A stretch of DNA of 64,000 nt, from positions 56,794,001-56,858,000 of the forward strand of contig NW_024704742.1 of assembly GCF_018977255.1 (NCBI RefSeq). Reading direction: 5' to 3'. Under the pieces are notes generated by a model that saw only the letters and a program-made list of their open reading frames with translations, made no database searches and was not told the DNA's origin. Positions 52,240-64,000 of the stretch are shown here, one piece after another (the first letter of the stretch is position 1; each line of letters begins with the position of its first letter). This DNA comes from Callorhinchus milii (lineage: Eukaryota). The translations under genes and the position numbers were made by a program.

Positions 52240-52720
52240 ATTCCCTGACCAGGACCACTTTTTCCATCAGTGCCACATTGCCTGCCTCTGTCCGTACCTC
52301 ACACCTACAGCAGCTGAAACTATCATCCACACCTTTGTCACTTGCCAGCTGGACTTTTCAAATGCTCTCCTCACTGGCCTCCGCAGTTCTATAATACATA
52401 AAATAAATTAATTCAGAACTCCGCCGCCTCTGCTCGGCTGGCTCTGGCCCCCTGTTCGTCCCTCACCCCTTCCACTCCACCATCAATGACCATGCTTTCA
52501 GTCACTACACCACGAAGCTCTGGAACTCTCTCTGCCAATCCCTCAGCTATGCCCCCTGTTTCCCCACTTTAAAATCCCGCCTGAAGACCTTCCTTTTTGA
52601 TAATACTTATGGTCATCCCCTCCCTCTCCCCCTGGGTGAGGATCAGACTCCACCACAGATAAGTGTTCCAGGACTCTGTCTCTTGTGAAGGATGCTATAT
52701 TAATGCAAGTTGTTGTTGCT
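52240..52720 (+). mobile_element. L2 3' fragment with internal deletion
   Basis: AETIIHTFVTCQLDFSNALLTGL peptide and tail. Confidence 0.78.
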
Positions 52721-52809
52721 ATTGTAGACCTAGTACTGGCTCTCTTATATTTACACAGTGTAGTTTTGGACTTACTTACAAAACAGCCTATCAACATCCA
52801 CCTTATCAA

Positions 52810-54175
52810 ATCATTAGAATACATTGGAATATACAGCACAGAAACAGGCCATTTGACCCAACTGGTCTATGCCGGTGTTTATGCTCCACATGAGCCTCCT
52901 CCTGCCCTTCCTCAACTAAGTCTTCAAGCCTAACCTTCTGTTCCTTTCTCCCTCATGTACCTATCTAGCTTTCCCTTAAATACATCAATGTATTTGCCTC
53001 AACAACTCCTTGTGGTAGCAGGTTCCACATTCCCACTACTCTCTATGTAAAGAAATTTCTTCTAACTTCCCTATTTGTGAACAAGACTGAGGCCCTCCTG
53101 ATTGTCTCGCACGAGTACCTCTGCACCTCAGGCTCTGGCAGCATCAACCTCCATGGTTACTTGCTACAACTCACCAAGCCAGACAGGAACCTAGGTACCT
53201 TGTTTGACCCTCAACTGTCTTTTCTTCCCCACATCCAAGCCATGACCCTTTCTGCCTTCCCTCACCTCCGTAACATTGCCCAACTCTGCCACTACCTCAC
53301 CCCTCAGGCCACTGAAACTCTTGTTCATGCCTTCATCACCTCCAGACTCGACTATGCAAATACCCTGCTTGTCGGCCTTCCCAACTCCTCCCTCCACAGG
53401 CTGCAGATAATCCAGACCTCTGCAGCCCGTGTCCTCTCCCACACCAAATTCCGTGACCCCATCTCCCCCATTCTTGCCTGACTCTATTGGTTCCCTATCC
53501 TTCATAGGATCCAGTTCAAGATCCTGGTCCTCACCTACAAAGCCCTCCATGCCCTCACCCTACCCTACCTCTGCGACCTCCTAACCCCCTTCCAACCCAC
53601 CCGCTCCATCCACTCAGCCGGCTCTGGCCTGCTTCATGTCCCCCGACCCTCCCGCCACACCATTGGTGGGAGAGCCTTCAGTCACTCTGCCCCCAACCTC
53701 TGGAATTCCATCCCCCAATCACTCCGCCTCGCCCCCTCCTTAGCCTCCTTCAAGTCCCGCCTCAAAACCCTCCTCTTCAATCATGCCATCCCTTCCCCTC
53801 CGCTCCCTTTTCCCTCCCTGACACCAGCTCGGGTCTGATACGCTGTACACTGTCCAGCACCTTGGGACGTCCTTCCAACATGGAAGGCGCCATACAAATG
53901 TAATCTTGTTGTATTTTATATTGATGACCCCTGGTTTTGGTCTCCCCCACAAGTGGAACCAGAGGTGGAACTATGTCTATCCTATCAAAACCTTTTATCA
54001 TTTTAAAGATCTCTATCAGGTCACCCCTTACCCTCCTCTTTTCAAGAGAAAAGAGTCCAAGCATGTTCAGCCTTTCCTGATAGGTATAACCTCTCAGTTC
54101 TGGGATCATCCTTGTGAATCTCCTTTTCACACTCTCCAGTGGCCCTACATAATGTGGGGACCAGAACTGCATACA
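52810..54175 (-). mobile_element. CR1 3' fragment interrupted by an L2 insertion
   Basis: ORF 53777-54172 QFWSPHY...RRFTRMIPEL...RGDLIEIFKMIKG; continues at 53076-52810. Confidence 0.85.
53077..53910 (+). mobile_element. L2 3' fragment nested in CR1
   Basis: Very similar to the 140-955 copy; NKTEALLI...TSRLDYANTLLVGLP. Confidence 0.9.
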
Positions 54176-55279
54176 GTAAATCCTTTCACAATGTTATACA
54201 TCTTGATCAAGTTACCTCTCAATCATCTCAACTCAAGACAGAAAAGCTACAACCTTACAACAGCAACAAATTACATTTGTATAGCTCTTTTCACGTCAGG
54301 AGGACGTCTCAAACTTTCTTGATAGCTGTATCCACTCATGCCTGGTGACATCCTTGAAAATTACATTGTACTCTCCTAATAGTATAGTATCTTTATAAGA
54401 TTGTGTCCTTTGATTCTGCAGAAAATTGGAGGGGTCAGTGAGCATGGGGGAATGGAGTGACTCTTGATACAAAGAGAAGGTCATGGGTGTTAGCATCAGC
54501 AGAACCTTCCACTTTTCCCCAACAGTGTGTGGCTTGGGCTTCACTCAGAGATGTAGCACAGGTTTTCTGTATGATCCAAATCAAGGAAGTGAATAGAGGA
54601 GAATTATACGCAGAGTGTTCTAGGCTGTGCTTGGTAACTTGCAATGCCATTGGTTTAAATTGGGTTTTGGGAGTTTGGGCAAGTTGCTGGTAGTGGTGTC
54701 AGCTCTGAGGTGACTGAAGATGATCTGGAATGTAAAGCATGTCAACCAGCTGAATTAGCACTAGAGTAAACATTCCATTCATAGTTAATGGGTGCATGAA
54801 ATGTCTGAAAAACACATGCAAGACTTCAAGAGTTACTGCTGGGTTTAATACTGGCTACATTTATATGTGGGAATGACTGGCCTTGGAAAAAGTAACAACT
54901 TTTTTGGAAAGTGGTGAATCTTTAGAAGCTAATCTGGAAAGTAAGCCACAGTCTTGGCAGAGGTAGGAGCACACAGGTCCTGTGAAACACTTTGCCAAGT
55001 TTCGACATGATAAGACGCTGTATTAAATAAATAGAATCTTTGAATTTGATATATGTATATAAGATCCTAAAGCCTTTCAAGTTTCTGTTGGGTGTAATGA
55101 CTGTGTATTTGTAAGCAAACGTGGCAGGCAATATTGTGACACAATATTGTCCCACAAAGAGCCATAAAGTGAATGACCAATTTTATCTGGAGAATTGTTG
55201 GTTGGCACACCAGGGAAAACTCCTTTCTCTTTTCAAACAGTGCCTGAAAGATTTAACATTCACCAGAATAGGCAGATAG

Positions 55280-55545
55280 AACAACAACACAACTTATATA
55301 GCGCCTTCTACATAGGGTAGTGTCTCAGACTGCTTAACAGTGGTGGAGCCTGACAAGGTGGAGGGATTGAGGGAGAGTGTTCCAGAGTTTCGGGGCATAG
55401 TGGCTGAAAGCACAACCTCCAATACTGGAGCAGAGGGTGCAAGAGATGAGCAGGAGGCCGGTGCCAGTCGAGCGGAGGCACCAGGTAGTGGACTGGGGAG
55501 TGAGGAGGTCGGAGAGGTACGGAGGTGCCAGGGAATGAATGGAGG
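55280..55545 (-). mobile_element. L2 3' fragment within SINE sequence
   Basis: L2 tail flanked by Deu-SINE pieces at 54970-55280 and 55560-55745. Confidence 0.7.
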
Positions 55546-57713
55546 ATTTTGAATTTGAGATTTTAAGTCAAGACCTTGTTTTAAGATGTTATCTGAAGGA
55601 TTACACTTCCAGCAATGTCTCGGTTCCTCAACACTGCAGGGGAGCGTCAACCTACACCTAGACTATTAGCTACAAATCCTAATGTGAGACATAAATCCAC
55701 AACCTTCTGACTCCGAGGCAGGAGTACTACCAACTGAGCCAGACGGACACCTGCAAATACAAGCAATATTTACAACAACATGCAATGAATGTGAGGAGAA
55801 TGAAAGTGTTGAAGATTGCATACTTTGAATCAGCGCAAACTGTGCAACCGAACTTGCGTATATCCCGGCTTAGCAGTAATGAACAGTGCAGGCCAGCGTT
55901 CTCTATACTATTGAAGGGTGACAATTTAAGTGTGAAGTTGTGTAAAATGTACAGCAACAGATTTTTGGTTCCTATAATTGGCTCACATTTCACTGGAGGA
56001 AACATGTGCTCACATTTAACTTGTTATATGCTTCCTCTATGCCATAAACATGAACACCCAGGACCAATTTGCAATATTTCTTAGCAGGATTCTGTGAACT
56101 CACTCCAGCAGTTGTAGCAGAGTGAAATTTCCATGTAACTGGATTTTTATTTGGTCAGGCGGATGTTTGACAAATTCAGAAACATATAGCCATGTTTACG
56201 ATTAAACAAAATAAACTGCGAGTTTCACATGTACGTGCCAGCTACACATGAAGACGTTCGTGTCTGAATACAACATGCACTCTTTGCAGTGAGGAACCCA
56301 TCCTGGTAATGTTGGAATTTAACCAACTAATACTATGTAGCTTGCGATTGTGTGCACTGTCTTGCATGTGTCTTACTGCATGTCAACCTAGGACCACCCT
56401 ATATGTTAGTGCTCTGAGTGCAGGGTTAACAGGGGGCAAGTTCCAAAAATATCTGCCCCAGTCTGTTCCTCATAGGCCCAACAAGGCAGGCTGGCTGGTC
56501 TGGTTTAGGGATGATTTTACAATTTAACATGAGAACTGGCAGCGTAACCTTCTCCATATGAAAGCCATTCAAATTAATTTGATTCAGCATACTTGGAGAT
56601 GTCTCAAAGCACTTTACAGGGTGTATTGCATAATGTAATGACTGTATTTTGTAGACAAACATGGAAGCCAATTTTTGTACAACAATATCCCACAAACAGT
56701 CATGAAATAAATGATCAATTTTACCAGGACACTAGCCCGACAATTGATACATCACACACGTATGATATCATCTTGGGAAAAAAGTCTTATTTAAATTGGC
56801 TTTCTGCTTAACTATGCACACCAAAAGTGGAATTTGTGTATCAACAGAAAAGCTACAGTATCTAAAATGTAACAAAACCAAGATGTACTGATACTGCTGA
56901 AAATTTGTCAAGAATTCCAATGAATTACCCAGGAAAGGTTTGCAATTTTTAACATCTATCTGGGTTTGGAAACGTTGTATTTTACTGGTTGTGCAAATCA
57001 TCCACCGCTTATTAACAACATGGATTTATGGGAATTATTGATTAGAATTCACGGAACCTGATATATATTTTACCTTGTACACAATGCAGCAACTGATCTC
57101 AGTGCAATTGACATTTATATAGCGCCTTTCACATCGGGGAGGAGGTCTTGGTATTGTGCATTACAGCAGCTGTGGATATTGGACTGCATTAACTGCAGGT
57201 TTCAACATTGATTTATTGAACCCAATTCCAGATGTTTCCTCGCATCTGCACCAGTCAGCAACCATGTGATTTTTTTCTGTGGTTTGTTAAGTGTCAAGTG
57301 TTATTTTGATCTTTCACGTTAGATCTAATATTTCAAAATCTGACCCGGGATAATGATTGCACGCAATGCGAGATTTCCAAGAAAATTTATTTATTATAAA
57401 TATTGATTAAAATATATATTGAATATTAATATATTTAGTATACATATAAATATAGTCTATTAATACATATTTTGAGGCTATAACTATTGAATAATACTAC
57501 GTTGATTATATATAAATATTGAATATTAAAATTTACACAAATATTGATTGTGCTCAATGTCTTTGCGGTGCGAAAGACTGTGGGTGTCCATCCCAATGTC
57601 CTTTGAGATCATAAAACAAATTGAATAAAATCATCACAAAAGTCCTGGAAACGGTTTCAGTTTTTCTGTTGTGAATTTTGCAGATCTCAGCCCAGTTCCA
57701 ACCCTTTTGCAGA

Positions 57714-57992
57714 ACTCACTCACTGACACACTCACTCACTCACTCACTCACTCACTCACACACACACTCACTCACACACTCACTTACTCACACACTCACT
57801 CCCTCACACACTCACTACACTCATTCACTCACTCACACACTTACTGACACACTCACTCACACACACACTCACTGACTCACTGACACACTCATTCGTTCAT
57901 TTAAACACTCATACTCACTCACACCCACTCTCCCACTCACTCACACACTCACACTCACTCACACACACTCACTCACTCACTAACACACTCAC
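57714..57992 (+). repeat. (CACT/CA)n imperfect microsatellite
   Basis: Read directly. Confidence 0.95.
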
Positions 57993-58076
57993 TGGCTGGG
58001 CTGGGCTGGGCTTCAGTGCTTGACAGTCGAGGTTGCCCACAGTCAGTGGTTTGCCAGGAAGGATTTTAACTTGAAA

Positions 58077-58290
58077 CCAAATAAGGCAAAAAAAGCCTGA
58101 GCGCTGACGTTTGATTGCAATGATCCTGTGGCTCGGAGCCACGGCTGCCAGAGTGTGAGGAGCGGGAGGATCACTCCAGACATTGCCATCGCTCTCTCTG
58201 GGCTTCTCTGTGTGTCTGTGTGTGTGAGTGCAGTTGGACACTTGCAGGGGCTGCTCTTGTGGGGGGCGCTGGTGATCACTGGGGTATAAG
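58077..58290 (+). promoter_or_regulatory. PDLIM3: PDLIM3 proximal promoter: CArG box CCAAATAAGG (58077-58086), E-box CAGTTG (58231), TATA-like TATAAG (58285)
   Basis: Perfect CC(A/T)6GG about 200 bp upstream of a TATA-like box, ahead of a muscle-expressed gene. Confidence 0.65.
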
Positions 58291-58316
58291 TGCGAAGGGT
58301 TTAAAGGAGCCTCAGG

Positions 58317-58529
58317 CAGCAGCAGCACCACCACCACCAGCAGCAGCAGCAGCACCACCAGCAGCAGCAGCACCACCAGCAGCAGCAGCAGCAGCACCAC
58401 CAGCAGCAGCAGCACCACCAGCAGCAGCAGCACCACCAGCAGCAGCACCAGCAGCAGCAGCAGCAGCACCACCAGCAGCAGCAGCACCACCAGCAGCAGC
58501 AGCACCACCAGCAGCAGCACCACCAGCAG
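58317..58529 (+). repeat. Compound (CAG)n/(CAC)n trinucleotide repeat, 71 triplets
   Basis: Read directly; CAG runs of about 3-6 interrupted by 1-4 CAC. Confidence 0.97.
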
Positions 58530-58620
58530 CTGCTGTCTGGGTGAGGTTTCTCTAATACCAACTTCAACTTGGACTTCACAACAGCATCGCTGGTGTCTGT
58601 GACAAACAAACTCCGAAAAG

Positions 58621-58713
58621 ATGCCGCAAAACGTGGTGCTGACAGGGTCTGCCCCGTGGGGCTTCAGACTGACTGGGGGGACAGATTTTAACCAACCTTT
58701 GACCATCTCAAGG
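58621..58713 (+). CDS. PDLIM3: PDLIM3 (ALP) first coding exon [31 protein letters not shown] (start of PDZ domain)
   Basis: ATG...AGG|gtgagt, 93 nt; PWGFRL PDZ motif of the ALP/Enigma family; known synteny with SORBS2. Exon 2 not seen in the window. Confidence 0.93.
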
Positions 58714-59852
58714 GTGAGTTCTGTGTGTGTTTGCATTTGTAAGTTCACAAGTTGGATCAGATCTGACATATAACTTGCTTTTCTTCCCCCCCCCCCCAAA
58801 AAAAAACCCTATTGGTTTTGTTATTAAGAATATTAATCCTTGCATTTGATATAGCGCCTTATAACTTCGTTAAGACGTCTCAAAGTGCTTCGCAGAATAT
58901 ACTGTAAAGTGTTTTTTCCTGTGTGTTTTGTTGGCGGTGAGTATGGAACCTCCGAATTCATTCTCCAGCAAGATGTATATATGGTATACATTGTATTGTG
59001 TTTCCAAGTCCTGTCCACATCTGTTCAACCTATTGTCTTATCTATTACTGTATTTCTTCTGATCTGTGCTGATCGTTTTCTTAAAACGATGCTGTGAACT
59101 TTTAAACGCAGAGCACACTCAAATCATGTGCTTCAAAACCTTTGTTTCATAGGAAATTGAATATCAGAAATATTTTAATAACCGTCATCTAGCTATACGT
59201 TAATTTGCTTAATAAATAGTATGATGTTCACTGTATGTATGTTGACAGATATAATCATGTATTCTCATAATCCTAACTTAGTATTATTAATTAGAATTGC
59301 ATTTAATGTAGCACCTTCTCATGTTGTCAAAATGTCTCAAAGCACTTCACAGGATTTAATGTAAAAAGTGCAGTGTATTTGGAGATAAACTCAGCAGCCA
59401 ATTTGCACATAGCAATGTCCCACAAACAGCCATGACTTGTATGATCAATTTTATCTGAAGAAATAGTTGGCCAGGACAGACAGAAAACTCCCTTTACAAG
59501 TTTCATTTATTAAAACCGAGGGCTTTAAAGAGTAGCCTATAATTGATCAGTTGAAGCTTTTTAGATGAAACTCAATCCTATCTACTTCTGATTTCTGCAG
59601 ATATTACTGCCAGTTTAAATATTTTAAATATGATTTAGTTGTGATATAAAAAAAATATGAAATCTAGGAATGGTCTCTATTGACTAAAAGGCAGCATTCT
59701 GCTTGTGGGTAAGTGAAATCTGAGGGCATGCAATTGATCTGAACTTATAGATAAGATTATTGCCTTTTAGTGTGTACAACCTATGAGATCACTATGTTAC
59801 AAACAGTGAAACAAACCTTGATGTAACAATAACCAATATTGTGTTGTATAGT

Positions 59853-59959
59853 TAGGGTTGCAATCCCGAGACCTGGAGCACCATTACAATTCAGGATCCC
59901 AGGATTCCTGGGATCACATATGGCAATGGTGCTTCCAAACTCCCAGGATTGCAACCCCA
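59853..59959. mobile_element. Palindromic MITE-like element (TIR tagggttgcaatcc / ggattgcaacccca)
   Basis: Nested inverted repeats across the whole element. Confidence 0.6.
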
Positions 59960-61259
59960 AGGAATAATTCACTTGTGTTCAAATGATGTGATTTAATCAT
60001 GGCAGCCTATAGTATGGCTTAAAGTTTAATACTGCACTGTCTAATGAGGTGTTATTGATTTTCATCTTAATGAAAATTTTGACATACATTACTTCATCTC
60101 AAACTAGGCTTTGGCATCCCTTGAGATTATGTTACAACAACAGTAAAACCAAATGACCCATTTTTGTCTGTCACAACACCTGCTGGTAACAAAAAAAATG
60201 AATGCTGAACAACAGATGGCAGGGTTAAGCCTAGATATATCATGGAAAGAATAAAAAAAGAGTTCACAGCATCCCTGGATTGAGAAAACACTGTCAGCAA
60301 ATTGATAAGTATTAGTTATTGTTATGAAATTGCTGCAATTTACCATGGATAAACAACCTGACAATATTATTGTTATATATAATAACAATATAATTGCTAT
60401 TTCTGATTAGCAAGCCAGCCTGCATTGTACATAGGGAATGTTAAAACAATGCTGTAATTCATTAAAATGTCTGATTAATATTTAGGAAGAACAAGCGTGG
60501 GCTAATATATCTTCAACTTTGGCTGAACTAATGTATTAAAGACTGATTCTGGTTATGTAAACAAATACTGTTAACACTTGTGGAGAAAGCTGGTTTGCCC
60601 CAGGTTTGACTGTTCATTAACTCCTTCAAAGAAATAACTGGATAAGGATCTAATAGAAAACAGTATTGGCAGGAGTAGAAGAAGATTAAAATGGCCAAAT
60701 GCCCTGAAGGGATTCTGAATTGGGGCCACATTTCTTTTTGAGGGGAGGGATTTTCTTTGTGGAGGTCTGATTAAATAGTACAGTGGATTCTGGCATCATG
60801 GTTTGTTGGAAAAGGGAATATCAGAGCTTTCCCCAGAGATTTGAGTTCCATGGTTGGGTATGTTTTGTGCAATCAGTACAAGGAACAACCCTAATTGGTT
60901 AAATGCTCTTTTGCCATTAGGTGTTGTGTTCTTAAGAAATATTTCTTTCTCAACAAAATTAGAGATTGATATTCATTTCCTTTATTTGAAAAGGGAGCAG
61001 GAACTCTTCCAACTCAGCTCCCATTAACCCTACAAGCCAAAGCCCTAATGGGAAGGGTGGCCCAAGCTGGACAAGCAGCGAGAAGCTTGCCAGGCAGTGC
61101 TCTCAATGACAAACCTATGCCGTTTTAGTTGGCTAGACTCCAGCAGTACCCCAAAACACACTCTGGAGTTCCCAAGCTTTGGTTCTTGCCAACCTGCACC
61201 TAATACTCTCCAGAATTAGATAAGCAGAAGATGTCTCGCTCCAGGGATAAAGTGCACAT

Positions 61260-61525
61260 AATAATAATAATCCTTCCATTTGATATATTATGTCGTTGAG
61301 ATGTCTCAAAGCACTTCACAGGATGTACTGCAAAGTGGATTGACTGTATTTTGTGGGTGAATCAGCAATGTCCCACAAACAACCATGGAATAAGTAACCA
61401 ATTTAATTTGGGGAGATTGTTGGCCAAGACACCGGGAGAAACTCCCTTCTCTTTTCGAATAGTGCCACAAGATCTTTAACGTCCAACTGAACAGCAAATG
61501 GGACCTCGGTTTAACATCTCATCCT
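61260..61525 (-). mobile_element. Deu-type SINE fragment
   Basis: Shared core and tail. Confidence 0.72.
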
Positions 61526-61934
61526 ACATTCCATTCCAATAAATATCTCTGGAATTTCCATGTATAGGTGGGATGCATGGAACTCAGTTTTAGATATCTT
61601 AAGCATGGTGAAGTGTCAGACATCAAACTGACAAAAACATATTTATTTGAAAAATGTGATAAGCAATATGCAACAGTTTCTAGTTAGATATTTCTGTTTG
61701 TGAGGCTGATTGTGACTGATGTATACGTTTGTTACTCATGAATTGTACAGCCAACCCCACTAGTCTCATATTCAGTATGTCACTCTATCTCACATAGTAT
61801 TTTGGAGCTGAAATTGTGACATTCAGAAACCAGAACTACCCTAAATGCAGATTGTGATCTACTGCAATATCATAGAAATCAAAATCTGTTTTGCGGAAGG
61901 CATTCTGCTGTCCATTCTTTTATTGAACATAATA

Positions 61935-62232
61935 ATATTAATAATAATCCTTGAATTACTATAGCACCTTATTACATAATTGAGATGTTTCACGGGATAT
62001 ACTGTAAAATGGATTGACTGGGTAATTTTGTGGGCGAATGCAGCAGCCAGTTGCGCGCAGAAATGTCCCACAAACAGCCGTGGAGTGAGTGATCAATTTA
62101 ATCATTGGGTATTGTTGGCCAAAGCACTGGGAGAATATCCCTTCTCTTTTCAAATAATGCAATGAGACCATCAACATCCACCTGAACAGGCAATTGGGAC
62201 TTGGTTTAACGTCTCATCTGAAGGATGGCACC
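61935..62232 (-). mobile_element. Deu-type SINE fragment
   Basis: Shared core and tail. Confidence 0.72.
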
Positions 62233-62311
62233 ATTCTGGACATTTTCTTGCAGTTGCCATTGTGAATTTTGGATTTGCCATCTCAGGTCTCATGGCCTGG
62301 AGTCTTAACAT

Positions 62312-62877
62312 GTCAGAGTGCAGGTCCCACAGGTCAGAATCAGGTCCCACAGGTCAGGAGTGCAGGTCCCACAGCTCAGACTGCAGGTCCCACATGTCAG
62401 AGTACAGGTCCCACAGGTCAGACTACAGGTCCCACAGGTCAGGAGTGCAGGTCCCACAGGTCAGACTGCAGGTCCCACAGATCAGACTGCAGGTCCCACA
62501 GGTCAGACTGTAGGTCCCACAGATCAGGAGTGCAGGTCCCACAGGTCAGACTGCAGGTCCCACAGGTCAGACTGCAGGTCCCACAGGTCAGACTGCAGGT
62601 CCCACAGGTCAGGAGTGCAGGTCCCACAGGTCAGGAGTGCAGATCCCACAGATCAGACTACAGGTCCCACAGATCAGGAGTGCAGGTCCCACAGGTCAGA
62701 CTGCAGGTCCCACAGGTCAGACTGCAGGTCCCACAGGTCAGACTGCAGGTCTCACAGGTCAGGAGTGCAGGTCCCACAGGTCAGAGTGCAGGTCCCACAG
62801 GTCAGACTGCAGGTCCCACCGGTCAGACTACAGGTCCCACAGGTCAGGCTACAGGTCCCACAGATCAGAGTGCAGGT
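62312..62877 (+). repeat. 21/22-bp minisatellite (gtcagactgcaggtcccacag / gtcaggagtgcaggtcccacag), ~26 copies, in PDLIM3 intron 1
   Basis: Read directly; explains the overlapping repetitive ORFs at 62262-63000. Confidence 0.96.
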
Positions 62878-63639
62878 TTTACGGGCTGGAATCTAGGTCT
62901 CTCAGACCTCAGCCCAGGTCTCCCCACATCTTATAAACTGCTTTGCTGGATGTCTATTAAGCAAAAGCACTTTTCTGTGGGATTTATTTCTATTCTCTAG
63001 TTACATTTGAAGCTGTTTAAATGTGAGTCCTCTAGTTCTTCTCTCATAGTTTTAAATCAAATTACAAAATCAGTTATATCTACATTATCATTATCAAGTC
63101 CCGAATCACGTCTGCCCCTCTCATATTTTTGCATTTTGATCAACCAGGTATCTTGACACATGCGGATTCAGGTCCAACAGGTTAGAGTATCACTGTGCTT
63201 AAGAGTATCCAAAGCAGACTTCCATGGATGCCACCTATACATTCTTGTGTTTGGAATGACACACTCTCTCCTCTGGGGAGATGAATTCTGCTTAAATTAG
63301 ACACAGGTTGGCAAGAGCCATGGCTTAGGAACCTCAGAGTGTGCGTTGGGAGTTGCTTGCATTCACTTGGTATCTCAGCACATGACTCAATACTTTATTA
63401 TGCAACATATAAAACTTTCAACACAAATTTCAAGTTTATTTTGATAATTGGAATGCTAATTATAAATGATAGAATACTGTAGTTTATAATGCATTTAAAA
63501 CAGAAAAAAAACATGGAATGTAAATTATAAACAAATAAAATACTAGGCATGACAATTATTTGTATTCCTCTGCCTAACCTCAAATCCATTGTTTTAATTG
63601 CCTTTACTTGTAAAAATTGCAATAGGAATTAGCCTGGTT

Positions 63640-64000
63640 TAATAATAATAGTAATATTCCTTGCATTTGATATAGCGCCTTAGCATGTCTTCGAATCACC
63701 TCAAAGCGCGTCCCAGATGTAATGTGAATTGACTGTATATTTCTGGGGCAAAATGCAGAAGCCAATTTCATACATCAGTATCTCACAAACAGTCGTGGAC
63801 TGAGTGATTTTTTAAAAAAAAATTGAAGGGATTATTACCGGAAAAGCAATCCATCAATTGATTTACAACCGGGTTCCCACTTACTGCTGGGTAAACAGAG
63901 GCGTGTGGAGTAAGGAAACTTGCCTAACAGTTCGCCCTGGGAATCAAACCTAGGTTCTCTCGCTTGCGAGGTGAATGCTCCAACCAATATGCTACAAGAC
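63640..64000 (-). mobile_element. tRNA-derived SINE, same family as 18007-18330
   Basis: Reverse complement contains ggcaagtttccttactccacac and the tRNA-like head. Confidence 0.85.

Noticed and set aside
57969..58799. Poly-Leu/Val, poly-Ala/Pro and poly-Cys/Trp ORFs
   Set aside because: Artefacts of the CAG/CAC repeat being stop-free in several frames; the real coding start is PDLIM3 at 58621
62262..63000. Overlapping repetitive ORFs (CRSHRSD, QVPQVRL, AGPTGQT); CRISPR-like appearance
   Set aside because: Head-to-tail minisatellite with no unique spacers; mixed 21/22-bp units shift frame

Overview
Vertebrate genomic DNA, probably from a cartilaginous fish (inferred from its tRNA/Deu-type SINEs and L2/CR1 LINE content; species not determinable here). 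The + strand carries the 3' half of SORBS2 (ArgBP2): 16 coding exons traced from 2176 to the stop at 39951, with consistent GT-AG boundaries and phases. These include the large nArgBP2-type exon, all three SH3 domains, three extra exons between SH3-2 and SH3-3, and a ~2.2 kb 3'UTR. Downstream on the same strand are the promoter and first coding exon of PDLIM3 (ATG at 58621), matching known SORBS2-PDLIM3 synteny. The rest is intronic or intergenic with LINE and SINE remnants and tandem repeats. Most notable observations: (1) an unexplained ~1.16 kb ORF with a 60-bp internal repeat in the last SORBS2 intron, in phase to act as an alternative last exon replacing the end of SH3-3, or part of a nested gene; (2) a Penelope-type inverted-repeat insertion with an apparently intact minimal hammerhead ribozyme; (3) a SORBS1/ponsin-like insertion exon in SORBS2; (4) a 71-triplet CAG/CAC repeat between the PDLIM3 TATA-like box and its ATG. 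No prokaryote-type systems are present.
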